64,000 nt of DNA from Candidatus Omnitrophota bacterium (GCA_028280285.1 JANQMA010000014.1:907-64906); one strand, 5' to 3'; positions 8,896 through 18,963 are shown, counted from the stretch's first letter. Program-made: numbers and translations. The notes: a model not told the origin generated them from the letters alone.

Positions 8896-11874
8896 GTGAG
8901 TAAAGAGCCTGAAAGTCATTATAGCATAGATAAATTGCACTTCATTTTTGCCCTTGCGGCGCTTGCGCTTTTGGTTATTGTCGGAGGCGTATTTATGAAG
9001 GATTATGATCGCAAGTGGAAGGACTATCAAAAGAAATTCCGCACTTACGAGATTGAAGTTGCCCGTACCACGTATGATGCAGAGCTTAATGAGCTGAACG
9101 ATGATGCAGCCTACCAGGAATTATTAACGGAAATTGAAAAAGCCGAAAAAGACTACGAAGCTAATTGTCTTGGTAATGACGCACTCGAGCAAGAGATTGA
9201 GGATCTTGAAACGCAAAAAATTCTTAAGGAGCAAGACTTAAAATATACCAATGCCGAACGCGATGCCGCCAAGTTCCGTTATGAAAATGCTGTGGGGCAT
9301 CATGTGGGGGATCCTAAAGCGACCAAGGGCGAATACAAATCTTTCGCGGATCGTGCAAAGACTCTTAAAAGAGAAGTTGAGGACTTAAAGGTTGCGCTTG
9401 CAGCGAAAACAGAAATCAAAGCTAAATGCGGTAAACAACTAACGGAGTTAGAGCGTAAAAAACGCCGCATAACCTCAGAGCGTGATATTGTTGAACGCAA
9501 GCTTGATGCGATTGATCCAAATCAAATGGATTTCACTAATCGTGTGGCCCAAATGGTGCGTGATCTTCCGATTCTCGACTTATCCACACCGACAACCGAA
9601 GTTAAACAAATTGTTCTGAAAGATATCACGGATGACCGCATTATCCGGCAAGTTCCCAAAGTTGATCGTTGTATCACATGCCATTTAGGAATTGACAATC
9701 CGGCCTATAAAGATTTTCCTCAACCGTATAAAACGCATCCTAATTTAGATCAATATGTCAGCAATGATTCCGCGCATCCGATGGAACAATATGGGTGTAC
9801 GGTCTGTCATGGCGGCCGTGGCCGGGCGACAAGCTTTCAAACAGCTGTGCATACCCCACAAAACGAAGAACAAAAGCAAGACTGGAAAAAGAAATATAAT
9901 TGGAAAGCCGATCATCATTGGGAAGAGCCAATGTATCCGTTGCAATATACAGAAGCTGGATGCTTTAAATGTCATAGCGGCGAATATCCGATTAAAGGAG
10001 CTGAAACGCTTAATTTAGGTTTACAAATTATTGAAAGAGCCGGTTGTTATGCCTGTCATGAGCTGGAACGTTACAAGGATTGGCCGAAGCCGGGACCTGA
10101 CTTAACACATATTGCTTCCAAACTATCCAAAGAGTTTGCGTATAAATGGATCGAAGATCCACACTTTTTTCGTAAAGATACGTGGATGCCGGCCTACTAC
10201 AATTTAGCGAATAATAGTGATCTCATGTCAATGGCGCGCGGGCAACAAGAGATTCATGCCATGGTTAATTACTTATTTGCTGAATCACAAGATTTTAACC
10301 TATCTAAAATGCCGAGAAAAGCTAACGCTGAAAATGGCGCAGAGCTTGTGGCCTCGCTCGGATGTTATGCGTGTCATCAATCCAAACCACTTGACGGTGA
10401 CCATGATGTTACCAACGATGATTTACGCCGCCAGCATGGGCCAACACTCACCGGGCTCGGTACAAAGACATCCAAAGAATGGGTTTATGATTGGCTTAAA
10501 GATCCGAATCGTTATCATCCGGAGACACGCATGCCGAATATGCGTTTATCAGACCAAGAAGCGGCCGACATCGCCGAGCATTTGACTCAGGATACACATA
10601 AAACATTTGTGATGAAAAGCATTCCGGGGTTTGATGAAGACATTATTAACGATATCACCATGGAGTTTTTAGGTAAACAAATGCCAAAGACATCGGCGGA
10701 AAAGAAACTGGCCACAATGGATTTGGATCAAAAGCTTAAATATTCCGGCGAGAAGTTAATCGGACGTTATGGCTGTTACTCTTGTCATAATATTAAAGGC
10801 TTTGACAATGCCAAACCGATCGGCATTGCACTTGATGAAGAGGGAAGTAAAGCCTTGCATAAACTCGATTTCGGTTATGTTCATGTGGATCATACGAAAC
10901 ACGGATGGTTTGATCAAAAACTGAAAGCACCACGCAGTTTCGATAATCATAAGGTCAAAGCGCCGGGCGAGAAACTCCTTATGCCGAACTTCAGATTATC
11001 GGCGCATGAACGTGAAGCGGTGGTCACATCTATTTTGGGTTTTGTCACCGATGTCACGGTTAAAAATAAAATTAAACCACGTACGCCTGAAAATTTACAA
11101 CTCGAAAAGGGACAGGAAATCATTGCTCAGATGAATTGCCGCAGCTGTCATAAGATAGAAGGCGAAGGGGCAACGGTACAAGATACAATCGTCGACTGGC
11201 TTAAAGCCTATCAAGGTAAAACCGATAGTGAGGCGGAAAAGTTTCTGACAAGCTTTTCGCCGCCTGATCTTCACGGAGCCGGGAAAAAGATTGATATCGA
11301 ATGGCTATTTAACTTCCTGCATTCACCGGATGTTGAAGTGCGTCCTTGGCTTGAAGCGCGTATGCCGACATACAAATTTAATGTAGGTCACTTAAATACA
11401 CTTGTGCAATACTTTAATACGTTAGATGGGGAAGATAAATTCCCGGTTAATCCGAAACCGGATGTGTCTTTAACTGATCACGAATACAAACAAGCCGAAA
11501 AGTTATTTTCTTTAGAATATCTCGGATGTAATCTATGTCATATTGTCGGCAATGAAACACCAACCGGAACACAAGATACTTGGGCTCCGGATTTGACGCT
11601 TGCCAAAACGCGTTTAAAACCGGAATGGATCATTGAATGGATTAAAGATCCACAAGCACTTGTGCCGGGCACCAACATGCCGACATTTTTTGACCCAAGC
11701 GATTATGAAAACTCCGGTGCGCCGGATATCCTTGATGGGGATGAGGATGAACAAATCCGCGTTCTGCGCAATTACTTGATGACATTGACCCCGGATAAAC
11801 GTAAGACTAAGGTCAAAGTCGAAATCCCAGCTTCTGATACCAATGAAGCGGGGGCATCCGAAGCCACACCATAA
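8896..11874 (+). CDS. Membrane-anchored multiheme cytochrome c (8 CxxCH sites), GTG start
   Basis: N-terminal TM helix, a coiled-coil stretch, then CITCH, CTVCH, CFKCH, CYACH, CYACH, CYSCH, CRSCH and CNLCH. It sits where cytochrome c1/f would in a bc operon. Confidence 0.85.
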   Translation: MSKEPESHYSIDKLHFIFALAALALLVIVGGVFMKDYDRKWKDYQKKFRTYEIEVARTTYDAELNELNDDAAYQELLTEIEKAEKDYEANCLGNDALEQEIEDLETQKILKEQDLKYTNAERDAAKFRYENAVGHHVGDPKATKGEYKSFADRAKTLKREVEDLKVALAAKTEIKAKCGKQLTELERKKRRITSERDIVERKLDAIDPNQMDFTNRVAQMVRDLPILDLSTPTTEVKQIVLKDITDDRIIRQVPKVDRCITCHLGIDNPAYKDFPQPYKTHPNLDQYVSNDSAHPMEQYGCTVCHGGRGRATSFQTAVHTPQNEEQKQDWKKKYNWKADHHWEEPMYPLQYTEAGCFKCHSGEYPIKGAETLNLGLQIIERAGCYACHELERYKDWPKPGPDLTHIASKLSKEFAYKWIEDPHFFRKDTWMPAYYNLANNSDLMSMARGQQEIHAMVNYLFAESQDFNLSKMPRKANAENGAELVASLGCYACHQSKPLDGDHDVTNDDLRRQHGPTLTGLGTKTSKEWVYDWLKDPNRYHPETRMPNMRLSDQEAADIAEHLTQDTHKTFVMKSIPGFDEDIINDITMEFLGKQMPKTSAEKKLATMDLDQKLKYSGEKLIGRYGCYSCHNIKGFDNAKPIGIALDEEGSKALHKLDFGYVHVDHTKHGWFDQKLKAPRSFDNHKVKAPGEKLLMPNFRLSAHEREAVVTSILGFVTDVTVKNKIKPRTPENLQLEKGQEIIAQMNCRSCHKIEGEGATVQDTIVDWLKAYQGKTDSEAEKFLTSFSPPDLHGAGKKIDIEWLFNFLHSPDVEVRPWLEARMPTYKFNVGHLNTLVQYFNTLDGEDKFPVNPKPDVSLTDHEYKQAEKLFSLEYLGCNLCHIVGNETPTGTQDTWAPDLTLAKTRLKPEWIIEWIKDPQALVPGTNMPTFFDPSDYENSGAPDILDGDEDEQIRVLRNYLMTLTPDKRKTKVKVEIPASDTNEAGASEATP

Positions 11875-11877
11875 GAG

Positions 11878-12651
11878 ATGTTATCCACAATAACACTACT
11901 CACTAGTTTGCTTTTTGCAGCGATTTATCCACTCTGTTTTTTTATCAGTGCTGATGATCCTCTTAAAGAGAAATTTCATCGTTTTCACATTGGCCTGCCT
12001 AATATTGTCGCCGGTATTCTGACGGTCTTTGTATGCCTTGGCGACTACCCACGCGATATTCAAATCACTACATTCATTTGGGCTGTTTTGTTTACTGTAG
12101 TAACGGCCATTGCTTGGTCCAGAGATACCGTCAATTTGATTGCGGTTGCTGCTATTACGATTTTAGGAACCCACGTTTTCGGTAATCTTTATTATGAATT
12201 GGCTGCTCAAAGTTACATTCAAGTGTGGGTGTGGCTTTTAAGCGGCGGTATTTTTTGTGCATCGCTTTACGCGATGAATCTCGGCCATTGGTATTTAAAT
12301 GTGCACGGATTGCCGATTAAGCATTTAAGGCGTGCCAATTACGTATTGTGGGCGAGTGTCATTGTGCGTTTGATTTGGGATATTATAATCATTTTCACGA
12401 CGAGCGTTAGTTGGGATGGAGAAGAGGTGAGTGCATTTCAATTTCTTAATTCCACCGAAGGTTTCTTTATTTATATCGGTCTATTTTTCGGTGTTTTGTT
12501 TCCGGCAGCCGGTCTCTATTTTTCCAATGAAACAATCCGCCTTAAAAATACACAGTCGACCACCGGCATCCTTTATGTCCTTTTGTGTGGTATTTTAATA
12601 GGGGACATAACCTTTAAATACTATTGTCTGCGTTATGGTCTTGCTTTATGA
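11878..12651 (+). CDS. Polytopic integral membrane protein (about 7 TM), function unknown
   Basis: Hydrophobicity pattern only. Confidence 0.5.
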   Translation: MLSTITLLTSLLFAAIYPLCFFISADDPLKEKFHRFHIGLPNIVAGILTVFVCLGDYPRDIQITTFIWAVLFTVVTAIAWSRDTVNLIAVAAITILGTHVFGNLYYELAAQSYIQVWVWLLSGGIFCASLYAMNLGHWYLNVHGLPIKHLRRANYVLWASVIVRLIWDIIIIFTTSVSWDGEEVSAFQFLNSTEGFFIYIGLFFGVLFPAAGLYFSNETIRLKNTQSTTGILYVLLCGILIGDITFKYYCLRYGLAL

Positions 12652-13064
12652 AACAACTGTTTTGCAAATGTCCTCACTGTAAAGCCGATCAGATCATTCC
12701 TGTTGATGCTACAACAATGACCATTGATTGCCCTGGTTGCGGTAAATCCATGGGCGAAATTAAAAATAAAGAGGATATATTTGATTACTGCCCGATCTGC
12801 GACTGCCGTCAATTTTATCTGACCAAAGACTTTAATCAATATCTGGGCTACGGGATTGTTGTTTTGGCCTGTATTCTGGTTCCGGTAACCTATGGTTTAA
12901 GTCTACCTGTCCTCGCCTTGATCGACTGGCTTCTCTATAAACGGGCCAAAAACGTGGTCAATTGCTACAGATGCGGTTGTGAGTTCCATAATATCGATTA
13001 TTCCCACAAAAATTTTAAACCCTTTATGCACCATATCGGTCTTAAATACGATAAATACAGGTGA
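12648..13064 (+). CDS. Zinc-ribbon (2x CxxC pairs) protein with a C-terminal TM helix
   Basis: CKCPHC...CPGCGK and CPICDC...CYRCGC motifs; start ATG overlaps the upstream stop (ATGA). Confidence 0.5.
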   Translation: MKQLFCKCPHCKADQIIPVDATTMTIDCPGCGKSMGEIKNKEDIFDYCPICDCRQFYLTKDFNQYLGYGIVVLACILVPVTYGLSLPVLALIDWLLYKRAKNVVNCYRCGCEFHNIDYSHKNFKPFMHHIGLKYDKYR

Positions 13065-13150
13065 AAACAACTTTTAAAGAAAATCAAATTTACGGAAATT
13101 TCCTTTAATTTGAGCCTAAATTGTGTACAATATTTATTATAAATCAACGA

Positions 13151-13180
13151 TTGACATCTGCTGTGATTTATCAATAATAT
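13151..13180 (+). promoter_or_regulatory. Candidate promoter (TTGACA-18-TAATAT) for the cupredoxin/cox operon
   Basis: TTGACA at 13151-13156 and TAATAT at 13175-13180, about 40 nt upstream of the ATG at 13221. Confidence 0.4.
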
Positions 13181-13220
13181 TCCATATATTTTTTAAGTAA
13201 CTGATTACAAAGGATTTATC

Positions 13221-13949
13221 ATGAACCTAGCAACACATTTTCTTCGCTTTACCATTTGCTTAACCGTTATAACTTTTTTTGCATCATCTACCCTGGCCGG
13301 AACAATCACCGGTAATATTAAATATGAAGGAAAGGTTCCTAAATTTCGTGAAATCAAAATGGATGCCGATCCTATTTGTTTAACGAAACACACAGATGCT
13401 GTTTTTCCCCAAACACTTGAGCTGGGTGAAGGGCAGACTATGGCGAACATTTTTGTTTACATTTCTAAAGGTGTTCCCAAAAAAGATTACCCAACACCGA
13501 CAGAGCCGCTTGTCCTAGATCAAGAGGGGTGTATGTACGCACCGTATGTTTCAGGGGTAATGGTTAATCAAGACATTAAAGTGCTCAATCCCGACGGGAC
13601 ATTGCATAATGTGCATGCGGTCCCCAAAATCAACGCAGAATTTAATATTGCTATGCCGAAATTCCGTAAAGAAGTAACCAAATCGTTTGATAAACCTGAG
13701 ATGTATATTCCGTTTAAATGCGACGTGCATCCCTGGATGATTGCCTATGTTTCGGTTATGGAGCATCCGTTTTTTGATACAACAGAAACAGACGGTAATT
13801 TTGAGATAACAGGCTTGCCGGCAGGAACGTATGAAGTCTCAGCCTGGCATCAAAAATTAGGCACCCAAACAGCAAGTGTTACGATTGCAGCTGAAGGCGA
13901 AAGCCAGACAGCTGACTTTATTTTTTCAAGACCGCAAAAAACTAAATAA
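13221..13949 (+). CDS. Secreted cupredoxin-like (type-1 copper) domain fused to a carboxypeptidase-regulatory-like beta-sandwich domain
   Basis: Signal peptide; amicyanin-like ligand pattern H...C-x2-H-x2-M (FKCDVHPWM); C-terminal DGNFEITGLPAGTYEV motif. Lies immediately upstream of coxI. Confidence 0.6.
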   Translation: MNLATHFLRFTICLTVITFFASSTLAGTITGNIKYEGKVPKFREIKMDADPICLTKHTDAVFPQTLELGEGQTMANIFVYISKGVPKKDYPTPTEPLVLDQEGCMYAPYVSGVMVNQDIKVLNPDGTLHNVHAVPKINAEFNIAMPKFRKEVTKSFDKPEMYIPFKCDVHPWMIAYVSVMEHPFFDTTETDGNFEITGLPAGTYEVSAWHQKLGTQTASVTIAAEGESQTADFIFSRPQKTK

Positions 13950-13965
13950 ATTATAAGGAAATCCC

Positions 13966-15687
13966 ATGGGACATTCGCAAAGTTTTTGGACTAAATACGT
14001 CTTTTCAACCGATCACAAAACCATCGGTATTCAATACGGTGTTACATCGCTTTTCTTTTTATTGTTTGGTTTTGTCTTAATGATGATTATGCGCTGGCAG
14101 TTGGCCTACCCGGAGCAACCGATCCCATGGATTGGCCAATGGTTAGGGGATGCCCGTGCGCCTGGTGGTGTTATGCTCCCTGAATTTTACAATGAGCTGG
14201 GGGCCATGCATGGAACGATTATGGTCTTTCTCGGTGTTGTCCCGCTTGGGGTGGGATGTTTCGGGAATTTGATTGTGCCGCTTCAGATTGGCGCACCGGA
14301 TATGTGTTTTCCAAAGCTTAATATGGCAAGCTACTGGGTATTCTTACTTGGTGGTTTGGTTATGCTTTTTAGTTTCTTTTTGCCAGGCGGAGCAGCGAAC
14401 TCCGGGTGGACAGCTTATCCGCCACTGGCCAATATTGCAACCATAGGCCAAACGGTATGGATCCTCGGTATGGTTTTTTTAATCACATCATCGCTTCTGG
14501 GTGGGATTAATTTTATTGCAACAATTTTTCAGTTGCGTGCTCCAGGATTGACTTTTATGCGTCTTCCATTTTTTGTTTGGGGACAGCTTGTCACAGCTTT
14601 CCTTTTATTACTTGCGTTTCCACCACTGGAAGCAGCCGGTATTTTACAATTAATGGACCGTGTGGCAGGCACAAGCTTCTTTATGCCAAGCGGTTTGCTT
14701 ATTTCTGGTGAAGTCCCGGATGTCAGTGGAGGTGGAAGCGTTCTTCTATGGCAGCATTTATTTTGGTTTTTAGGTCATCCGGAGGTATACGTTATTTTGC
14801 TTCCGGCGATCGGTATTGTGACCGAAGTTTTCGCGAATAATATCCGCAAACCTATCTGGGGTTATAAACTAATGGTTTATTCGATTTTATTCCTCGGATT
14901 TATTTCCTTTGTTGTCTGGGCACATCACATGTATTTAACTGGTATGGGAACAGCTATTAGTGCGTTTTTCCAGGCGACAACAATGATTATTTCGATTCCA
15001 TCTGTTATTGTTTTAACATGCTTGATGATTTCCATGTGGGGCGGATCCATTCGGTTTAATATGCCGATGTTATTTGCTCTGGCTTTTATTCCGATGTTCG
15101 GTATTGGCGGTTTAACCGGTTTACCTTTGGGACTTGCCGCAACGGATATTTATTTACACGACACTTATTATGTCATCGGGCATTTTCACTATGTCGTTGC
15201 GCCTGGTGTTATATTTGCCCTATTTGCCGGGATTTATTATTGGTACCCGAAATTTACCGGTCGGTATATGAATGAGTTTCTCGGCCACTTGCATTTTTGG
15301 CCATCGTTAATCTGCATGAACATTGTTTTTATGCCGATGATGATCCAAGGCTTGGCCGGAATGTCACGCCGCATGTATGACGGCGGGGCAATTTATTCAC
15401 ATAATCAGGGTGTTTTAGATTGGAATATCTTTATTTCCATGGGCGCTTGGACACTGGCGCTTGCGCAAATACCGTTTATCATTAGTTTCTTTATGAGTGC
15501 ATTTACAGGTAAGAAAGTTGAGAGTGATAATCCATGGCAGGCCACAACGCTTGAGTGGCAAACACCAACGCCACCGGGTCATGGTAATTTTGAAACAATA
15601 CCGACCGTTTATCATGGGCCGTATGAGTACAGCGTGCCTGGGGCTTCCAAAGACTTTACACCACAAAACGAAGAGGGGGTTAAATAA
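13966..15687 (+). CDS. ctaD: Cytochrome c oxidase subunit I (heme-copper oxidase catalytic subunit)
   Basis: Twelve TM helices with the WFFGHPEVY, HHMY and VIGHFHYV heme/CuB ligand motifs. Confidence 0.95.
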   Translation: MGHSQSFWTKYVFSTDHKTIGIQYGVTSLFFLLFGFVLMMIMRWQLAYPEQPIPWIGQWLGDARAPGGVMLPEFYNELGAMHGTIMVFLGVVPLGVGCFGNLIVPLQIGAPDMCFPKLNMASYWVFLLGGLVMLFSFFLPGGAANSGWTAYPPLANIATIGQTVWILGMVFLITSSLLGGINFIATIFQLRAPGLTFMRLPFFVWGQLVTAFLLLLAFPPLEAAGILQLMDRVAGTSFFMPSGLLISGEVPDVSGGGSVLLWQHLFWFLGHPEVYVILLPAIGIVTEVFANNIRKPIWGYKLMVYSILFLGFISFVVWAHHMYLTGMGTAISAFFQATTMIISIPSVIVLTCLMISMWGGSIRFNMPMLFALAFIPMFGIGGLTGLPLGLAATDIYLHDTYYVIGHFHYVVAPGVIFALFAGIYYWYPKFTGRYMNEFLGHLHFWPSLICMNIVFMPMMIQGLAGMSRRMYDGGAIYSHNQGVLDWNIFISMGAWTLALAQIPFIISFFMSAFTGKKVESDNPWQATTLEWQTPTPPGHGNFETIPTVYHGPYEYSVPGASKDFTPQNEEGVK

Positions 15688-16280
15688 TGGATACTATTCC
15701 TTATACGGTAAAACCCCGGTCTGATACAGGGCTTTATAATGCAAAGTTAGGTATTTGGTTGTTTTTAGCTTCGGAAGTTATGCTTTTCGGTGCGTTATTT
15801 TCTACTTATATTATTTTGCGTGTATTAGGGCAAGATTGGCCGCTCGGCTCAACTATTCTTAATGTTCCGATCGGAACGGTTAATACGGTGATTCTGATTA
15901 CATCTAGTATTACGATGGTTTTTGCGTGGACCTCTTTGAAGAAAAAAAACTGGGGGGCACATAAACTGCATCTAGGTCTTACGATCGGCCTCGCGATCCT
16001 TTTTTTGATTATTAAGGGCTTTGAGTACGCCGCTAAATTTGAACATCATCATTATCCGTCTGAAAGCACATTTATGGCGATTTATTTTACGCTGACGGGT
16101 TTACATGCTCTGCATATTGTCGGTGGAATTGTGGTCTTGGGGTATTTCTTTGGGCCTGGGGCCAAAATGTGGCAGTCAGATCCCGACCGCTTTACAAACC
16201 GCATTGAGATCGTCGGGCTTTATTGGCATTTTGTTGACTTGGTGTGGATATTTTTATTTCCGGTGTTGTACTTACTATAA
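15687..16280 (+). CDS. ctaE: Cytochrome c oxidase subunit III
   Basis: About 5-TM protein with COX3-family motifs (YWHFVD); start overlaps the coxI stop. Confidence 0.85.
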   Translation: MDTIPYTVKPRSDTGLYNAKLGIWLFLASEVMLFGALFSTYIILRVLGQDWPLGSTILNVPIGTVNTVILITSSITMVFAWTSLKKKNWGAHKLHLGLTIGLAILFLIIKGFEYAAKFEHHHYPSESTFMAIYFTLTGLHALHIVGGIVVLGYFFGPGAKMWQSDPDRFTNRIEIVGLYWHFVDLVWIFLFPVLYLL

Positions 16281-16291
16281 GGGAGACATAG

Positions 16292-16603
16292 ATGGGAAAC
16301 ACGCATAATCTGGAAAAAGAACTCAAAATTTATAAAGGTGTGTATATCGGTTTACTTTTTTTGACCGTTGTCACAGTTGCCGTAAGTTATTTGCATGTGC
16401 CGGTCTGGGCTGCGGTTATTATTGCCCTTATTGTGGCGACCTTCAAAGCATCGCTTGTGGCTAACTTTTTTATGCATTTGGCGCACGAAAAACCACTTAT
16501 TTTGTGGACTATGGCTTTTACGGTCTTTTTTATGTTGTGCATGATTGCTTTAATCATTGCATCTCAATTTGATGTGTATCAAGGACTTTATTATGAATCT
16601 TAA
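16292..16603 (+). CDS. ctaF: Cytochrome c oxidase subunit IV (caa3-type, CtaF-like)
   Basis: Small 3-TM protein directly downstream of coxIII, as in caa3 operons. Confidence 0.6.
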   Translation: MGNTHNLEKELKIYKGVYIGLLFLTVVTVAVSYLHVPVWAAVIIALIVATFKASLVANFFMHLAHEKPLILWTMAFTVFFMLCMIALIIASQFDVYQGLYYES

Positions 16604-16793
16604 ACAATTTCATATCATTTTTATTGTTGCATCGATTCTGATTGCGTTTGCGTTTGCCTTTTGGGCGTTTGTTCAGTATAACTACACATCGTCCATTGGA
16701 TATATTGTGACAGGTGTTATTTCCGGTATATGCGGACTATGTTTGGCGCTTTATGAAATAACCTTTATCAAAAAGAATCAGTCATTGTCATAA
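16593..16793 (+). CDS. Small 2-TM membrane protein
   Basis: ORF with an ATG at 16593 (MNLKQFHIIF); hydrophobic; lies within the cox operon. Confidence 0.4.
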   Translation: MNLKQFHIIFIVASILIAFAFAFWAFVQYNYTSSIGYIVTGVISGICGLCLALYEITFIKKNQSLS

Positions 16794-17023
16794 TGAAAAA
16801 ATCATTTTTAATTATTAGTGCATTTCTATTTAATTGTGTGATTATTGAGCAATCTCTGGCTTGTTATGTTTGTTTTTCACAAGTTAAGGATGATCCACAT
16901 ATGCAAGGACTGAAATATGCCATACTATTTTTACTTGCTGTGATTGTTTTTGTATTGTTGTTGCTTGGAAAATTCTTTTTATCTGTCCGTCATCGTGAAA
17001 AACTCATGATGAAAAACGATTAA
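16793..17023 (+). CDS. Small membrane protein with an N-terminal signal/TM and a CYVC motif
   Basis: ORF abuts the previous stop (ATGA) and is hydrophobic. Confidence 0.4.
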   Translation: MKKSFLIISAFLFNCVIIEQSLACYVCFSQVKDDPHMQGLKYAILFLLAVIVFVLLLLGKFFLSVRHREKLMMKND

Positions 17024-17033
17024 GGGGTATTTA

Positions 17034-17819
17034 ATGGATATTGTTAAACTACTGCATTTACCGGTCAATGCCTCATCCCATGGGCATGAAATTGATATGA
17101 TGATGTTTATCATTCATTTATTTATGCTTGTGCTGTTTGTCGGTTGGGGAATATTTTTTATCATAACTCTTTTCCGCTTCAACAAATGGGCTAATCCAAA
17201 AGCGAACTATAAAGGCGTTACAAACCATGTCTCATCTTATATTGAGATTGGCGTGGTTGTCTTTGAAGTCATTCTGCTGGTTGCCTTTTCTATTCCTTTT
17301 TGGGCTAAACAGGTTAGTGCACTGCCGGAGCGAACCGATGCTATTCAGGTAAGAATTGTCGCAGAACAGTATGCGTGGAATATTCACTATCCCGGACCTG
17401 ATGGTATTTTTGGATCAACCGCGATTAAATTTTTTAATAAGCAATCCAATCCACTTGGGATAGATCCCGATGATCCAAACGGGAAAGATGATTTTGTCAC
17501 TATTAACCAACTTAATTTACCGATCGGAAAACCGACCATCGTTCATCTATCATCTAAAGATGTTATTCACAGTTTCTTTTTACCGGAAATGCGTGTTAAA
17601 CAAGATGCCATTCCCGGGATGTCGATTCCAACGTGGTTTACTCCGACGAAAACCGGAAACTGGGATATTGCCTGTGCGCAGCTGTGTGGTTTGGGGCATT
17701 ATCGTATGAAGGGTTATTTAAATATCATGAGCCAGGCAGAGTTTGATGACTGGTTCGCCGGTCAAGTTCCGTCAGCCGATGGTGAAGGGGGCGACGAGTA
17801 CGACGATTTTTGGAATTAA
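17034..17819 (+). CDS. ctaC: Cytochrome c oxidase subunit II (CuA site)
   Basis: Two N-terminal TM helices plus a cupredoxin domain with CuA ligands H...C-x-QLCG-x2-H-x2-M (CAQLCGLGHYRM). Confidence 0.9.
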   Translation: MDIVKLLHLPVNASSHGHEIDMMMFIIHLFMLVLFVGWGIFFIITLFRFNKWANPKANYKGVTNHVSSYIEIGVVVFEVILLVAFSIPFWAKQVSALPERTDAIQVRIVAEQYAWNIHYPGPDGIFGSTAIKFFNKQSNPLGIDPDDPNGKDDFVTINQLNLPIGKPTIVHLSSKDVIHSFFLPEMRVKQDAIPGMSIPTWFTPTKTGNWDIACAQLCGLGHYRMKGYLNIMSQAEFDDWFAGQVPSADGEGGDEYDDFWN

Positions 17820-17846
17820 TCCTGCCAGAATAAACTATTACGTACA

Positions 17847-17878
17847 AGGGGCCATACCAATGGCCCCTAAATTTTTAT
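17847..17878 (+). terminator. Intrinsic terminator-like GC hairpin after ctaC
   Basis: aggggccat / acca / atggcccct (9-bp stem) followed by aaattttta. Confidence 0.5.
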
Positions 17879-17879
17879 C

Positions 17880-18866
17880 ATGACAACACATCCTAATCCT
17901 GGGTTAAGAGTTTTTTCTAAATTGCTTTGCGCAGCCACGCTGTTTTTGATTTTTGCCGGCGCTATGGTCAACAGCACAGGATCCGGACTGGCCGTGCCCG
18001 ACTGGCCAACATCCTACGGTAACTGGTTTTTTGTACCAATGGTGGGCGGGGTATTTTATGAGCATGGTCACCGTCTCATTGCCGAGGCTGTAGGGCTTAT
18101 GACTGTTGTGCTTGCTATATGGATCAAACTGAAAGATACACGCAAGTGGCTGCATGTGCTTGGATTTGTTGCGGTGGCGGCGGTTATTATCCAAGGTGTT
18201 CTTGGCGGACTCACCGTGCTTTATTATTTGCCAACACCGATTTCTGTTATGCATGGTGTGTTGGCGCAAAGCTTTTTGATTTTAACCGTTGTGATTGCTT
18301 ACGACCTGTCTAAAGAACGTAATGACCGGCTGGATGCGAACGGTCTTGATAGCACATGCTCTAAACTAATTAAGCCAGCTGTTATCTTCGGACTACTGAT
18401 TTATCTACAGCTTATTTTAGGGGCAATCATGCGTCATTCAGGCGCAGGGCTCGCGATTTACGATTTCCCGACGATGGCAGGCACATGGTGGCCCACGCTT
18501 AATGAAGGGATGCTATTTACTATTAATGATTGGCGCTTTGAAAATAACCTTGATCCTGTTAATATGACGCAAGTTACCCTGCATTTGATTCACCGTATCG
18601 GTGCAGCGGTGATTCTTGTTTATTTAATTTTTCTTAATATCAATGCCTTTAAAAATGGAAAATTGACACCGCGCTTAAAAAACACTGTTTTATTAATTGA
18701 CCTTTTGGTTGCCATACAGATTATCCTTGGTATTATGACTGTGTTAACGGGAAAGCATCCACATGTAACAAGCACGCATGTGGCATGTGGGGCACTCACT
18801 TTAAGTTTATCGGCCATACTTGTTTTACGCGCCATGCCGGCACGTTTGAGTGATATGAAAAAGTAA
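17880..18866 (+). CDS. ctaA: Heme A synthase
   Basis: Eight-TM protein with paired conserved His residues (HGHRLIAE, HLIHRIGA) typical of CtaA/COX15. Confidence 0.8.
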   Translation: MTTHPNPGLRVFSKLLCAATLFLIFAGAMVNSTGSGLAVPDWPTSYGNWFFVPMVGGVFYEHGHRLIAEAVGLMTVVLAIWIKLKDTRKWLHVLGFVAVAAVIIQGVLGGLTVLYYLPTPISVMHGVLAQSFLILTVVIAYDLSKERNDRLDANGLDSTCSKLIKPAVIFGLLIYLQLILGAIMRHSGAGLAIYDFPTMAGTWWPTLNEGMLFTINDWRFENNLDPVNMTQVTLHLIHRIGAAVILVYLIFLNINAFKNGKLTPRLKNTVLLIDLLVAIQIILGIMTVLTGKHPHVTSTHVACGALTLSLSAILVLRAMPARLSDMKK

Positions 18867-18868
18867 AA

Positions 18869-18947
18869 TTGTAATTAGTAATTGGTAATTAGTAATTTGT
18901 GGAGCAACTCACCGTACAAATTACCAACTACTAATTACTAAATACCA
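18869..18947. repeat. Heptamer-built inverted repeat (GTAATTR x4 / mirror) between ctaA and ctaB
   Basis: tgtaatt agtaatt ggtaatt agtaatt tgt - ggagcaactcaccgt - acaaatt accaact actaatt actaaat acc. Confidence 0.6.
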
Positions 18948-18963
18948 TTAACATTTTTAAATA

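Noticed and set aside
5465-11874. Alternative complex III (ActABCDEF)
   Set aside because: A Rieske protein and cytochrome b are clearly present, and no ActB-like molybdopterin-fold or ActC-like subunit is seen. This is a bc-type complex with a multiheme c subunit.
15415-15724. ORFs antisense to or overlapping coxI/coxIII (15415-15666, 15497-15724, 16105-16308)
   Set aside because: They are embedded in highly conserved oxidase coding sequence; spurious.
18869-18947. Heptamer direct repeats could indicate a CRISPR array or iterons
   Set aside because: The units are 7 bp with no unique spacers, only 4 per arm, and are arranged as inverted arms. There are no cas genes and no replication origin context.
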